Shown here piece by piece: positions 20,886 to 30,825 of a stretch of DNA of 64,000 nucleotides. The position numbers and the translations under genes are program-made. The DNA is from Eubacterium sp. (lineage in GTDB: Bacteria > Bacillota > Clostridia > Oscillospirales > Acutalibacteraceae), in contig JACTVT010000003.1 of assembly GCA_014465955.1 (NCBI GenBank), forward strand, positions 3,213 to 67,212. The letters are read 5' to 3'. The notes under the pieces are model-generated. The model ran no database searches. It saw nothing but the letters and a program-made list of their open reading frames with translations, and was not told the origin of the DNA. How positions within the stretch are numbered: position 1 is the stretch's first letter; each line of letters begins with the position of its first letter.

Positions 20886-22502
20886 ATGACATTCAGTGAA
20901 TTGATTATGTTTGCCGTTAAACTTCTTGCGGGCACAGGTGTATTCCTTGTCGGCGTGCATTTGCTTACGGTTAATATTGAACAGTTAGCAACAGGTAAAA
21001 TTAAAGATTTGTTTTCAAAAACTGCCGATAAAAGGCTTGTAAATGTGGGTGTCGGTGTAGCATCAACTGCTTTGATACAGAGTTCGGGTGTTACAACTGT
21101 ACTTATTGTCGGTTTTGTTAATGTTGGAATAATGAATCTGTATCAGGCAACAGCAATGATTATGGGTGCAAATATAGGTACAACCATTACGGCACAGATT
21201 GCTTCGCTCAGCGCATTTCCGATAACTACTTATATTCAACTGCTTGTTTTTGTCGGCATTATGATGAGCATGGTGTGTAAAAAGGACGGCAATAAAAAAG
21301 CAGGAATGATTACAGCAGGTCTTGGCCTTATATTTATAGGTCTGTCGTTGATGTCAGATTCTATGAAAACAAACAAAGAGATGATTCAAAGCGTTTTTGA
21401 AACGGTTACAAATCCGTTTCTGCTGTTTTTAATCGGAATTTTTCTTACTGCGCTTGTGCAGTCCAGTTCGGCAATAACGTCGGTTATAATTGCAATGTCT
21501 GTAGCGGGTCTTACCATCGGTACAGGCGGAAACGAGGTTCTGTTCATCATTCTCGGTACCAATATAGGTTCGTGCGTTACGGCGCTTATGTCATCTGCAT
21601 CGGCAGGAGCAAACGCTAAAAGGGCAAGTCTTATCCATTTTATGTTTAACACTTTCGGTTCAGTAATTTTCTTTGTAATTCTGATATGTGTTCCGCAGTT
21701 TATGGAAATTACTTTTGCAAAATGGTTTTCATCTCCTGCAACGCAGATTGCAATGTTTCACACATTTTTCAACGTTGTGTGCACAGTGGTTTTTCTGCCG
21801 TTCTGCAATGTGTTTGTAAAAATATCCGAAGTGCTTATCAAAGAAAAGAAAACCGTTTCTGTTACAAACCTTGATGAACGAATGCTGACCTCTCCGTCTA
21901 TCGCAATTACGCAGATTGAAAAGGAAATGCTGTTTCTGTCAGATACGGCTATGGACGCTTTCAGAACGGCATATCAGTCTTTTGATAAGGCAGATGCATC
22001 ATTTATCGAGTCTGCTCAAAAGCAGATTGCGGCGGCAGGTGAAATTTACAGCAGGGTGATAAGTTATCTCGTTCAACTTTCCGCTCAGAGCAATCTTGCC
22101 GACGAGCAGAGAATCGCTGATTTGCATAATAACCTCGGCGATATTATGCGTATTGCCGAAATTGCAGATAATTTTACAAAATATACTAAAAAGACTGTTG
22201 AACATAAACTTGAATTTTCAGATTCTGTTAAGGCAGAACTGCGCGAAATGGTGGGCAGTATAGAACGGCTTTATAAATTGACTTCTGAACTTATTTCAGA
22301 TAAAAATTCAAATCTTCTGGTTGATATTGATTTTGAGGAAAATAAAATTGATAATTACAGAAAAAGGCTTATCAATGACCATATCAGAAGGCTGAATGAA
22401 GGCAAATGTAAGCCCGAAAGCAGCGGTGTGTTCATCAATCTTGTTTCAAATATAGAAAGACTTGGTGACCATTTAACGTATATTGCCTATACCGTTAAGT
22501 AG
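20886..22502 (+). CDS. Na/Pi cotransporter family protein with C-terminal PhoU-like domains
   Basis: Two repeats ALIQSSG/ALVQSSS, MGANIGTT/LGTNIGS, HTFFN; C-terminal ERLGDH. Confidence 0.93.
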   Translation: MTFSELIMFAVKLLAGTGVFLVGVHLLTVNIEQLATGKIKDLFSKTADKRLVNVGVGVASTALIQSSGVTTVLIVGFVNVGIMNLYQATAMIMGANIGTTITAQIASLSAFPITTYIQLLVFVGIMMSMVCKKDGNKKAGMITAGLGLIFIGLSLMSDSMKTNKEMIQSVFETVTNPFLLFLIGIFLTALVQSSSAITSVIIAMSVAGLTIGTGGNEVLFIILGTNIGSCVTALMSSASAGANAKRASLIHFMFNTFGSVIFFVILICVPQFMEITFAKWFSSPATQIAMFHTFFNVVCTVVFLPFCNVFVKISEVLIKEKKTVSVTNLDERMLTSPSIAITQIEKEMLFLSDTAMDAFRTAYQSFDKADASFIESAQKQIAAAGEIYSRVISYLVQLSAQSNLADEQRIADLHNNLGDIMRIAEIADNFTKYTKKTVEHKLEFSDSVKAELREMVGSIERLYKLTSELISDKNSNLLVDIDFEENKIDNYRKRLINDHIRRLNEGKCKPESSGVFINLVSNIERLGDHLTYIAYTVK

Positions 22503-22525
22503 GGGGCAGTCTCTGCGCTATCCCG
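22499..22525 (+). repeat. Degenerate GTAG-REP whose TAG is the stop codon of the Na/Pi cotransporter
   Basis: AAG-TAG-GGGGCAGTCTCTGCGCTATCCCG resembles the GTAGGGG..GTCTCTGTGC..CCCG subtype. Confidence 0.65.
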
Positions 22526-22537
22526 TAAAAATATATA

Positions 22538-22579
22538 AAAAAAAGAGCGGTAATTGCGATTGGCAATTTCCGCTTTTTT
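22538..22579. terminator. Bidirectional terminator
   Basis: A tract, AGCGGTAATTGC-GATTG-GCAATTTCCGCT, T tract. Confidence 0.75.
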
Positions 22580-22662
22580 CAGTCTTTGTCCTTTGTATAT
22601 GCAGGGTCTAAAGTGGCAAGTGTTCTTGCATACTGCACAAGCAAATCAAATATTTTTGACAT
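22579..22662 (-). CDS. Unannotated 27-aa small protein MSKIFDLLVQYARTLATLDPAYTKDKD
   Basis: AAGGAGG RBS 8 nt upstream of the ATG, own consensus promoter and downstream terminator. Confidence 0.7.
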   Translation of the reverse strand: MSKIFDLLVQYARTLATLDPAYTKDKD

Positions 22663-22695
22663 TTAAAATACCTCCTTATTTCTTTATTTGCCCAC

Positions 22696-22723
22696 ATTAT
22701 AGCACTATATTTTTTATTGTCAA
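22696..22723 (-). promoter_or_regulatory. Consensus sigma-A promoter for the small ORF
   Basis: TTGACA-16 nt-TATAAT with TG extension. Confidence 0.8.
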
Positions 22724-22907
22724 TACTTATAACGCAAAAATGGCATATATTCGTTAATATTGCATAAAAAGTATGATTATTTATTAATGATTATATATAT
22801 TTTTATGGGCGTTTTGCACAAAAACAGTGCAATATATCTTATGCAACAAATAACTTTTTTGTTACGAATGATTTTATTAAATAATAATGAACGTTATGGC
22901 AACAACC

Positions 22908-22934
22908 GTAGGGTGCGATGTCCTCATCGCACCG
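22908..22934 (+). repeat. GTAG-REP hairpin
   Basis: GTAG-GGTGCGATG-TCCT-CATCGCACC-G. Confidence 0.88.
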
Positions 22935-22979
22935 AAAATAAAAGCACCGTGCTTCAGTCCACGGTGCTTTTTGCTGTAA

Positions 22980-23564
22980 TTATTTTGTATGCTCGTCAAG
23001 AGTTAAATAATATGAACATAAAAAGTGCTCTTTGAAATATTGAACCTCGGGCAGGTTGATTTCGTCAATTTTTTCCTGCTGGGTTATGAGCGCCTTTTCA
23101 AATTCCTTGTTGCCCATTCTTGTCTCTTCAATACACTTTATCAGCGCATCTATTTTATCTGCCGCTTTAACAAGTACCCAGAGATCTTTGTCGCTTTCCT
23201 GCTTTTCAAAAAACGGCACATAGTCTTCTCTGAATTCATCGGGCAGCATTGCGAGCAGTCTTTCGCCTGCAATATGCTCAATATCCTTGTAAACATTTTT
23301 TATATCGTCGTTGTAATATTTAACAGGGGTCGGCATATCGCCCGTGATAACCTCGGTTGTATCGTGATACATTGCAATCAGAGCCGTTCTTTCGGCGTTA
23401 TATGTTTTACCGAATTTTTTATTGCCGATAACTGCCAGCGCGTGCGCAATAACGGCAACGCTGTGGCTGTGTTCGGCAATATTTTCTTTACTGCTGTTGT
23501 TCATAAGCGACCATCGGTCAATAAATTTCATTCGGTTAACCATTGCAAAAAAATGATTATTCAT
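22980..23564 (-). CDS. yfbR: 5'-deoxynucleotidase (HD family, YfbR-like)
   Basis: RMKFIDRW, ENIAEHS, YHDTTEVITGDMPTPVK, VKAADK; start at ATG 23564 overlaps the aspS stop. Confidence 0.9.
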   Translation of the reverse strand: MNNHFFAMVNRMKFIDRWSLMNNSSKENIAEHSHSVAVIAHALAVIGNKKFGKTYNAERTALIAMYHDTTEVITGDMPTPVKYYNDDIKNVYKDIEHIAGERLLAMLPDEFREDYVPFFEKQESDKDLWVLVKAADKIDALIKCIEETRMGNKEFEKALITQQEKIDEINLPEVQYFKEHFLCSYYLTLDEHTK

Positions 23565-25347
23565 CGCCTTTTTCTTCCTTTGCAATATTAATGCCGAGTT
23601 CGCCGAGTTGAATATCGTCAATTGTTGACGGTGCGCCGCTCATAAGTTCGCTTGCGTTCTGAACTTTCGGGAATGCGGTTACATCTCTCAGACTGTCTGC
23701 ACCGCAGATAAGCATTGCAAGCCTGTCAAGACCGATGCCCATACCGCCGTGCGGGGGTGATGCATATTTGTAAGCCTCAACAAGGAAACCGAATTTTGCG
23801 TCAATTTCTTCCTGCTCCATTCCGAGCAGTTCAAACATTTTATTCTGCAAAGCGCAGTCGGTAATTCTCATTGAACCTGAGGATAACTCTGTGCCGTTTA
23901 AAACAAGGTCAAATGCTTTTGCACGAACTGCACCCTTGTCAGTGTCAAGATAAGGGATACACTCGTCAAGCGGCATTGTAAACGGGTGGTGCATAGCAAG
24001 CCATTCGCCTGTTTCTTCGTCATATTCAAAGAACGGCATTTCTGTAATCCAGAGGAAGTTCCACTTGTTTTCGGGAATAATGCCGAGCGTTTTTGCAACT
24101 GTTAAACGAAGTGCGCCCATAACCGAAAGTGCAAGGCTTGTTTTATCACTTACGATAAATACGCAGTCGCCTTTTTTTACGCCGAGTGTTTCGATAAGTT
24201 CTGCAAGTTCGCCGTCTTTCAGGAATTTGCTGAAAGAGCAGTTTGGTTCTGCGTCTGCCCATCTGATGTAGGCAAGACCCTTTGCACCGATTCCTTTAAC
24301 GTATTCCGTAAGTTTATCAATCTTTTTTCTTGTGTATTCGCCTGCGGCATTTTCTGCAACGATTGCCTTAACGCTGCCGCCGTTTTCAAGCGCATTTTTG
24401 AATACAACAAAGTCCGTTTTGCCTGCCCATTCCGAAATATCCTGAATCAGCATATCAAAGCGTGTGTCAGGCTTGTCCGAGCCGTATTTGTTCATAGCGT
24501 CGGCAAAGGTCATTTTCGGAAGAGGGAAGTCAATGTCAATGTTTATTGTTTCTTTCATCAGTTTTTTGATGAAGCCCTCTGCCATATCCATAATGTCGTC
24601 AGTATCAACAAAACTCATTTCAAGGTCAATCTGTGTGAATTCAGGCTGACGGTCTGCACGCAAATCTTCGTCACGGAAGCAGCGCGCAAGCTGAATATAT
24701 CTGTCAAAGCCCGAAACCATAAGTAATTGCTTGTAAATCTGCGGGCTCTGCGGCAGAGCATAGAATTTTCCGTTGTGAATTCTGCTCGGCACAACATAGT
24801 CACGTGCACCCTCGGGCGTGGATTTAATCATCATCGGCGTTTCAATTTCAATGAAATCGTTTGCATAGAAATATTCACGTGCAATCTGCGCAATTTTGTG
24901 GCGCATAATGATGTTCTTTGTGAGTTTTTCGTTTCTTAAATTGAGATAGCGGTATTTAAGCGTTGTTTCGTCGCCGACTTCATCTGCCTTTGCAATTTCA
25001 AACGGCGGAGTCTGCGCCTTTGAAATAATACGCAGTTCCGTAACTTCAACTTCAATTTCGCCTGTCGGAATATCAAAATTTTTGCTTTCACGCTCTTTAA
25101 CAATGCCTTTGAGAGCAAGCACATATTCACTTCTTACAGACTGTGCTTTTTCAAAAATTGCCCTGTCAGTTTTATCGTTGAAAGAAATCTGAACGATACC
25201 CGTTTTATCTCTTAAATCAATGAAAATAAGGTTGCCGAGGTCGCGTTGGCGCTGTGCCCAGCCGAACAGAGTAACCTCTCTGCCTTCGTCTTTAAGAGCC
25301 AGAGTACCGCAGTAGTCAGATCTTTTTAATCCTTTTATAGTCTCCAT
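23557..25347 (-). CDS. aspS: Aspartate--tRNA ligase
   Basis: RDLGNLIFIDLRD, STPEGARDY, LPQSPQ, FRDEDLRADRQPEFTQ, PPHGGMGIGLDR. Confidence 0.98.
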   Translation of the reverse strand: METIKGLKRSDYCGTLALKDEGREVTLFGWAQRQRDLGNLIFIDLRDKTGIVQISFNDKTDRAIFEKAQSVRSEYVLALKGIVKERESKNFDIPTGEIEVEVTELRIISKAQTPPFEIAKADEVGDETTLKYRYLNLRNEKLTKNIIMRHKIAQIAREYFYANDFIEIETPMMIKSTPEGARDYVVPSRIHNGKFYALPQSPQIYKQLLMVSGFDRYIQLARCFRDEDLRADRQPEFTQIDLEMSFVDTDDIMDMAEGFIKKLMKETINIDIDFPLPKMTFADAMNKYGSDKPDTRFDMLIQDISEWAGKTDFVVFKNALENGGSVKAIVAENAAGEYTRKKIDKLTEYVKGIGAKGLAYIRWADAEPNCSFSKFLKDGELAELIETLGVKKGDCVFIVSDKTSLALSVMGALRLTVAKTLGIIPENKWNFLWITEMPFFEYDEETGEWLAMHHPFTMPLDECIPYLDTDKGAVRAKAFDLVLNGTELSSGSMRITDCALQNKMFELLGMEQEEIDAKFGFLVEAYKYASPPHGGMGIGLDRLAMLICGADSLRDVTAFPKVQNASELMSGAPSTIDDIQLGELGINIAKEEKGDE

Positions 25348-25365
25348 AATGTATCTCCTGTAAAA

Positions 25366-26712
25366 TCAGTCTTTTTTGTCAAGCCCGAAAAGAGAGCCGA
25401 AATCAAATGCTTCGCCGTTGATTTTAATGTCTTCAAGTTGTTCCGACAGAGTGATGTTGTAATAACTGCTAACAAACGTGGCAATTGCAATTTCGGTTTC
25501 TTCGCCGTTTGCCATATTTTTCAGTTTGGCAACGCCCTCTTCAATTTCATTATCGCCGAGAACAATTGTGTATTTAGCACCGAGTTTGTCGGCATATTTC
25601 ATCTGGGCACGAAGTCCTCTGCCGTTTAAATCATACTGGCAGGCAAACCCTTCGGCACGCATATCTTTTGCGATTTCAACTGCTTTAAGCGTTGCTTTGT
25701 CGCCGAGTGCAACGATAAATAAATCAGGCTTTTCACTTTCGGGGAATTCACAGCCCTGTGCCTCCATAAGCAGCATAAGCCTTTCAAGCCCCATTGCGAA
25801 ACCGAGTGACGGTGTTTTCTGACCGCCGAGTTCTTCAATCAGTCCGTCATATCTTCCGCCACCGCATACTGTACCCTGTGCGCCGATTGAATTTGAAACA
25901 AATTCAAAAACTGTTTTTGTGTAGTAATCAAGACCGCGCACAATCTGCGGATTTACCGAAAATTCAATGCTTTCGGCTGTAAGGTATTTTTTGACTGTCT
26001 CAAAGTGTTCTTTGCATTCGTCGCAGAGATAATCAAGTACAACAGGAGCGCCTTTTGCAATTTCAGAGCAGACAGGGGACTTGCAGTCCAGAATACGCAT
26101 TGGGTTTCTTTCGAGCCTGTCCTTGCAGGTGTCGCAAAGGTCATCTTTTCTTGCGCTGAAGTATTCTTTGAGCGCCTTGTGGTATTCCGCACGGCATGTG
26201 GGGCAGCCGATTGAATTTATTTCAAGGCTTAAATCTTTAACGCCGAGTTCGTCAAAAACAGATTTTGCAAGGCTGATGATTTCAGCATCTGCAAGCGGAC
26301 TCGGTGTGCCGAAGCATTCAATGCCGAACTGGTGAAATTCACGCAGTCTGCCTGCCTGTGGTTTTTCATATCTATAGCAGGACGTAAGGTAGCAGACCTT
26401 TTGCGGAAGTGCCTCGTTTGAAAGTCCGTTCTCAAGGAAAGAACGTGCAGCTCCTGCCGTTCCCTCAGGTCTTAATGTAATATTTCTTCCGCCCTTGTCG
26501 TCAAAAGAATACATTTCCTTCTGCACAACGTCTGTAGTGTCGCCTACACCGCGCTGAAAGAGTTCGGTGTGCTCAAACACGGGCGTTCTGATTTCTTTGT
26601 AGCCGTATTTGCCTGCCACATCAAGGCAGGTGGCTTCTATATATTGATTTTTGTGTACTTCTTTCGGCAAAACATCTTTTGTGCCTTTAATTGCTTTGGT
26701 AATTAATGCCAT
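25366..26712 (-). CDS. hisS: Histidine--tRNA ligase
   Basis: LRPEGTA, RYEKPQAGRLREFHQ, VRGLDYY, GGGRYD, GFAMGLER. Confidence 0.98.
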   Translation of the reverse strand: MALITKAIKGTKDVLPKEVHKNQYIEATCLDVAGKYGYKEIRTPVFEHTELFQRGVGDTTDVVQKEMYSFDDKGGRNITLRPEGTAGAARSFLENGLSNEALPQKVCYLTSCYRYEKPQAGRLREFHQFGIECFGTPSPLADAEIISLAKSVFDELGVKDLSLEINSIGCPTCRAEYHKALKEYFSARKDDLCDTCKDRLERNPMRILDCKSPVCSEIAKGAPVVLDYLCDECKEHFETVKKYLTAESIEFSVNPQIVRGLDYYTKTVFEFVSNSIGAQGTVCGGGRYDGLIEELGGQKTPSLGFAMGLERLMLLMEAQGCEFPESEKPDLFIVALGDKATLKAVEIAKDMRAEGFACQYDLNGRGLRAQMKYADKLGAKYTIVLGDNEIEEGVAKLKNMANGEETEIAIATFVSSYYNITLSEQLEDIKINGEAFDFGSLFGLDKKD

Positions 26713-26736
26713 ATCAAATCTCCATTAAAAAATTTT

Positions 26737-26883
26737 CGGGCAGGAAATTTCTGCCCGAACAGTTTTCGTTTGCTTAGGCAAAGGCAATCAAATCCGAACA
26801 CGGTTTAAAATGGCTGATTTGCCCTTACTCTTTGTTAAAAATACTCGGAATACGAAAGTATTCCTGCGTTTTTGTGCCTTTGT
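26737..26883. repeat. Hairpin-rich intergenic element, probably related to the MITE-like family
   Basis: CTTTGTT..CTCGGAATAC-GAAA-GTATTCCTGCG..GCCTTTG core; CACGGTTTAAA (26799-26809) is the reverse complement of the 46202 terminus. Confidence 0.45.
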
Positions 26884-27294
26884 TTACGGATTATAACGTG
26901 GGTTTACAATTTCTCTCCATTCAAAATCGCCTCTTTCAATACCTCTGACAAGCGCTTCGCCTGTTGCAATATTTGTAGCAAAAGGTATATTGTGAACATC
27001 ACAAAGTCTTAACAAATCGTTATCATTAGGTTCGCTTGGTTTGGCCGTAAGAGGATCTCTGAAAAAAATAAGCAGGTCGATTTCGTTGCATGCGATTCTG
27101 CTGGCAATTTGCTGACCGCCGCCCTGATTGCCTGCAAGAAAGCAGTTGATGTTAAGACCTGTTGCTTCATGAATAAGTTTACCTGTGGTGCCTGTGGCGC
27201 AAAGTTCGTGCCTGCTCAGAATTCCGCAGTATGCAATGCAGAATTGAACAAGAAGTTCTTTTTTTGCATCGTGTGCAATAAGTGCAATATTCAT
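26884..27294 (-). CDS. mgsA: Methylglyoxal synthase
   Basis: [37 protein letters not shown]. Confidence 0.92.
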   Translation of the reverse strand: MNIALIAHDAKKELLVQFCIAYCGILSRHELCATGTTGKLIHEATGLNINCFLAGNQGGGQQIASRIACNEIDLLIFFRDPLTAKPSEPNDNDLLRLCDVHNIPFATNIATGEALVRGIERGDFEWREIVNPRYNP

Positions 27295-27403
27295 ATGGTT
27301 CCTCCGTTCTTAATATTTTTTATTTATTGTTTAAACAAAAATATATCATAAAATATAAATTTAATCAATATAAAATCTTAAAATAATATAACAATTTAAA
27401 CTG

Positions 27404-29419
27404 TTAGTCAAGTAAAGTGCCTGTTTTCTGTGCAGGAACTTCATCAGTATTGTTTGAATAATAGTAATCTATGATAGAAGATGTGATTTCGGCGGTTGAT
27501 GTACCCGAGCCTGCAAGTTCGATAGCAGATGCAATTGCAATTTCAGGTGTATCATACGGAGCAAATGTGATAAGAAAACCGTTGTTTACTTTTTGTCCGT
27601 TTTTAATAACCTGTGATGTACCTGTTTTGCAGGCAACATCAACATCAAGTTTGCTGAAAACAGAAGCAGGCGCGCCGTTTGTGGCAACGAGCCTCATACC
27701 CTCGCGTACGATTTTGAAAGTGTTGTCTGAAATGGGCAGATCATCGGCAACCACAGAGCCTGTTTCTTCAACAGAGCCGTTTTTGTTGTTGATGATTGCT
27801 TTAACAAAGTGAAGTTCATATCTTGTTCCGCTGTTGGCAACGGTTGCACAGTAGTTTGCAAGTTGAAGCGGTGTAAACAGGTTGTCAGACTGACCGATAC
27901 CGCTTTGAATTGTATCACCCATCTGCCATTTTTTATTATATCTTTCGGCACTTGCAGGTCCTGCAAGAACACCTGCCGCCTCGCTTATTTCAACGCCTGT
28001 TTTTTCGCCGAGTCCGAACATAGACGCATATTCGTTCATTTTTGAAATTCCAAGTCTGTCGGCACAGTTATAGAAGAAAATGTTGCAGGAATCACGAAGT
28101 GCGGTTCTTACCGTTTCTCTGCCGTGTGAATTCTGGTTAAGACACTGGAATGTGATGTCGTAGTATTGAAACAGACCGCGGCACGTGAATGTGGAGTTCT
28201 CGTCAATTATGCCTTCTTCAAGTGCAGCGCATGCCATCATTGGCTTAAAGGTTGAGCCGGGGGCATATGTGCCGAGTGCAAATCTGTTCCACAGGGGAGT
28301 GCGCTTGTTTTTTGCAAGTTGATTGTAATTATCATAATAATCATCAATACTGTATGTAGGATATGATGCGGCGGCAAGCAGGTCGCCGGTGTTTACGTTT
28401 TCAACGACTACTGCGCCTGCACCCTCGCTCAGGCTGACTTCGTCGCATGTTTCTTTTAATTTCTGCTGTGCCAGAAGTTGTAAATCTTTATCAATTGATA
28501 AAACAATTGTGTTGCCTTGAACGGGATTTTTAGTGATTTCTTCGGTTACATTTCCGTCATTGTCAATTGTAATTGTCAGTTCGCCTGCGACTCCGCGCAG
28601 TTCAGGTTCCATAGCAGCCTCGATGCCGCTTTCACCGATAATGTCATTAATTCCGTAACCGCTGTCTTTCAATTCTTTATATTCGTCACCGTTGATTTTT
28701 CTTACAGTTCCGAGAATGTGCGGCGCAAGTTCGGGATTAACATATTCACGGTATGATGTTACCTTAACGTTTGCACCACGGTAGGCTTCTGTATTCTCTT
28801 TAACGGCGGCAACAGTTTCATTGCTTACATTTTCTGCAATGATAACAGGGTTTTCAATTGAGAATAAAAGGCGGGTCAGTTCATATCTTACAGCGCCGAT
28901 TTTAAGTGCAGTCGCTTTGTCCAATCCCTGAAGTCCATACTCTTCAACCATTGCGTTAAAACAGTTTTCGGCAGTAGCGTATTTTTGCAGATTGAACATA
29001 TCTTTGCTTTTCATTTTGGTGATTTCGTCTTCATTATCCGTAAAATAAACAGTATCGCCGTAAAGTTCAAGCGGCAGATTGTTTACTGCCTCTTCTCCGT
29101 TTTTTTCAAAAAGATTTAAAAGATTGATAATGATTTCATTTCTTTTGTCGTTTTCATCTTTTGAAGGGAAAACGGCGGCGTCAAGTATAATGGAATTTCC
29201 GTTCCTGTTTGTGACGAGAGGATTGCCGTTTCTGTCTACAATTTCGCCCCGGGCAGGCTCAATCGGCACGGTATATGTGCGAACGGCATTGTTTTGTGAT
29301 ACGTAGTAATCGTGATTTTTTATCTGAATATCATATAATTCATAGCCAAAACCTGCTGTAATGGCTAATACAAGCACAAGTGCCAGAAATGTTCTTATAC
29401 TGCTGTGCCTTGTTTTCAC
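27404..29419 (-). CDS. mrdA: Class B penicillin-binding protein 2
   Basis: ARGEIVDRNG, PGSTFK (SxxK), SCN (SxN), KTGT; follows mreD. Confidence 0.9.
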   Translation of the reverse strand: MKTRHSSIRTFLALVLVLAITAGFGYELYDIQIKNHDYYVSQNNAVRTYTVPIEPARGEIVDRNGNPLVTNRNGNSIILDAAVFPSKDENDKRNEIIINLLNLFEKNGEEAVNNLPLELYGDTVYFTDNEDEITKMKSKDMFNLQKYATAENCFNAMVEEYGLQGLDKATALKIGAVRYELTRLLFSIENPVIIAENVSNETVAAVKENTEAYRGANVKVTSYREYVNPELAPHILGTVRKINGDEYKELKDSGYGINDIIGESGIEAAMEPELRGVAGELTITIDNDGNVTEEITKNPVQGNTIVLSIDKDLQLLAQQKLKETCDEVSLSEGAGAVVVENVNTGDLLAAASYPTYSIDDYYDNYNQLAKNKRTPLWNRFALGTYAPGSTFKPMMACAALEEGIIDENSTFTCRGLFQYYDITFQCLNQNSHGRETVRTALRDSCNIFFYNCADRLGISKMNEYASMFGLGEKTGVEISEAAGVLAGPASAERYNKKWQMGDTIQSGIGQSDNLFTPLQLANYCATVANSGTRYELHFVKAIINNKNGSVEETGSVVADDLPISDNTFKIVREGMRLVATNGAPASVFSKLDVDVACKTGTSQVIKNGQKVNNGFLITFAPYDTPEIAIASAIELAGSGTSTAEITSSIIDYYYSNNTDEVPAQKTGTLLD

Positions 29420-29473
29420 GGCAATTCTCCTTTCATAAATTTTTGTAATTAATCTTTTTTATAAATTGAAATC

Positions 29474-29986
29474 TTATTTTGTCAGTTTCTTTTTTATAGG
29501 CCTTGCGCAAAACCATACAGCGGGCATAATAACTGCCGTGTAAACTGCGCAGGGAAGATAGAATGAAAACAGTGTAAGTTCTGCACCGTTTACACCTTTT
29601 ATGATGATAAAGAACAGCCAGTAAAGCAGGCTGTAAATAAATATTGCCGCAACAGAAAATACGGCTGCCGCAATAAATGTATCTCTTACGATATATGTTA
29701 CTGCCATGGCACTTAATGAGCATACTATGCAAAGAAACACTGCATTAAATCCAAGGTGTACCGCCGATGTCAGATCCCACAGAATACCGCCGAAAAGGCC
29801 GAGCATTCCTGCAAAAAATTCATCCTCGCCCATACCTAAAATTATGCATACGGGTATAAGCAGAAAGCATCTTGCGCCCGCAATTTCAATTGTCAGCCCC
29901 GACGTGTTTTGAATAAGCGCCGTGAGTGCTGTTATTATAAAATAAACAATTGTTTTTGTAACCTTATTTTGATATTTCAAATCCAT
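29474..29986 (-). CDS. mreD: Rod shape-determining protein MreD
   Basis: Hydrophobic 170 aa, GLFGGILWD; between mreC and the PBP. Confidence 0.85.
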   Translation of the reverse strand: MDLKYQNKVTKTIVYFIITALTALIQNTSGLTIEIAGARCFLLIPVCIILGMGEDEFFAGMLGLFGGILWDLTSAVHLGFNAVFLCIVCSLSAMAVTYIVRDTFIAAAVFSVAAIFIYSLLYWLFFIIIKGVNGAELTLFSFYLPCAVYTAVIMPAVWFCARPIKKKLTK

Positions 29987-30822
29987 TATTCTTCACCCCA
30001 GCCGGTAAGAATCAGGCAGTTTGAAAGATTGTTTACATCAACGCCGGGGGCAATTACTGCATATGATGCAATTGATGAAACTTCATCGTCAATTTCTTCA
30101 ACAGTGCCGATAATAAGACCCTTCGGAATTGTTCCGCTGATGCCGGCCGTTGAAATAATTGAACCGTATGTAACTGCTGTGGAAGAATCAAGATTTGCAA
30201 ATTTGCATTTGCCGTCGCCAGCAAGTGATGCATCGCCTGTTACATAAGAAATTTCGCCTGAAACAATTTCATATGCAGAAACCGAAAAATCGGGGTCAAG
30301 TATAGTGATAACAACGCTGTAGGTGGGGTATGCCTTGTCAATTATGCCTACGATGTAGTTGCCGTATAGAACTGCATCACCCGCTTTAACTCCGTTTGCA
30401 GTGCCTTTGTTGATTGTGTATGAACCGAAAATATCAGCAGGATCTCTTGCCGTAACGGCAGCCTCAACAAATTGAAAATCAGGATTTTCCTCTTTAAGTC
30501 CGAGCGCATCCTTGTAAAGCGCATTTTGTTTTTGAAGATTGTTATAATCTTCAAGTTGGCTTTGCAGAGCACCTACCTGTTTTTCAAGTCCGTCAATTTT
30601 GTCAAGATATTCCTTATTGCCCGAAGCCTCGCCGAAAACATATGAAATACCGCCACTGATTTTTGATGCAACCCAGTTTGCAGGCGTAAAAACAGTGCCC
30701 ACAATTGATGACTGTGCAGTTTCGCCTCGTCCGTTTGCGGCGCAGATAAGCGCACCAACAAGAAACAGCGCAATAATACCGACGGTTATTTTAAATCGCC
30801 TGCTCTTAAAAAAGTTTTTCAT
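29986..30822 (-). CDS. mreC: Rod shape-determining protein MreC
   Basis: TM helix, coiled coil, TINKGTANGV, PKGLIIG. Confidence 0.92.
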   Translation of the reverse strand: MKNFFKSRRFKITVGIIALFLVGALICAANGRGETAQSSIVGTVFTPANWVASKISGGISYVFGEASGNKEYLDKIDGLEKQVGALQSQLEDYNNLQKQNALYKDALGLKEENPDFQFVEAAVTARDPADIFGSYTINKGTANGVKAGDAVLYGNYIVGIIDKAYPTYSVVITILDPDFSVSAYEIVSGEISYVTGDASLAGDGKCKFANLDSSTAVTYGSIISTAGISGTIPKGLIIGTVEEIDDEVSSIASYAVIAPGVDVNNLSNCLILTGWGEE

Positions 30823-30825
30823 GGT

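Noticed and set aside
22554..23035. Plus-strand ORFs 22554-22757 and 22760-23035
   Set aside because: TTG starts with no RBS; the minus-strand 27-aa ORF has much stronger expression signals.
26713..26883. T-box leader for hisS-aspS
   Set aside because: No GGTGGNACCGCG T-box motif or Stem I features on the minus strand.
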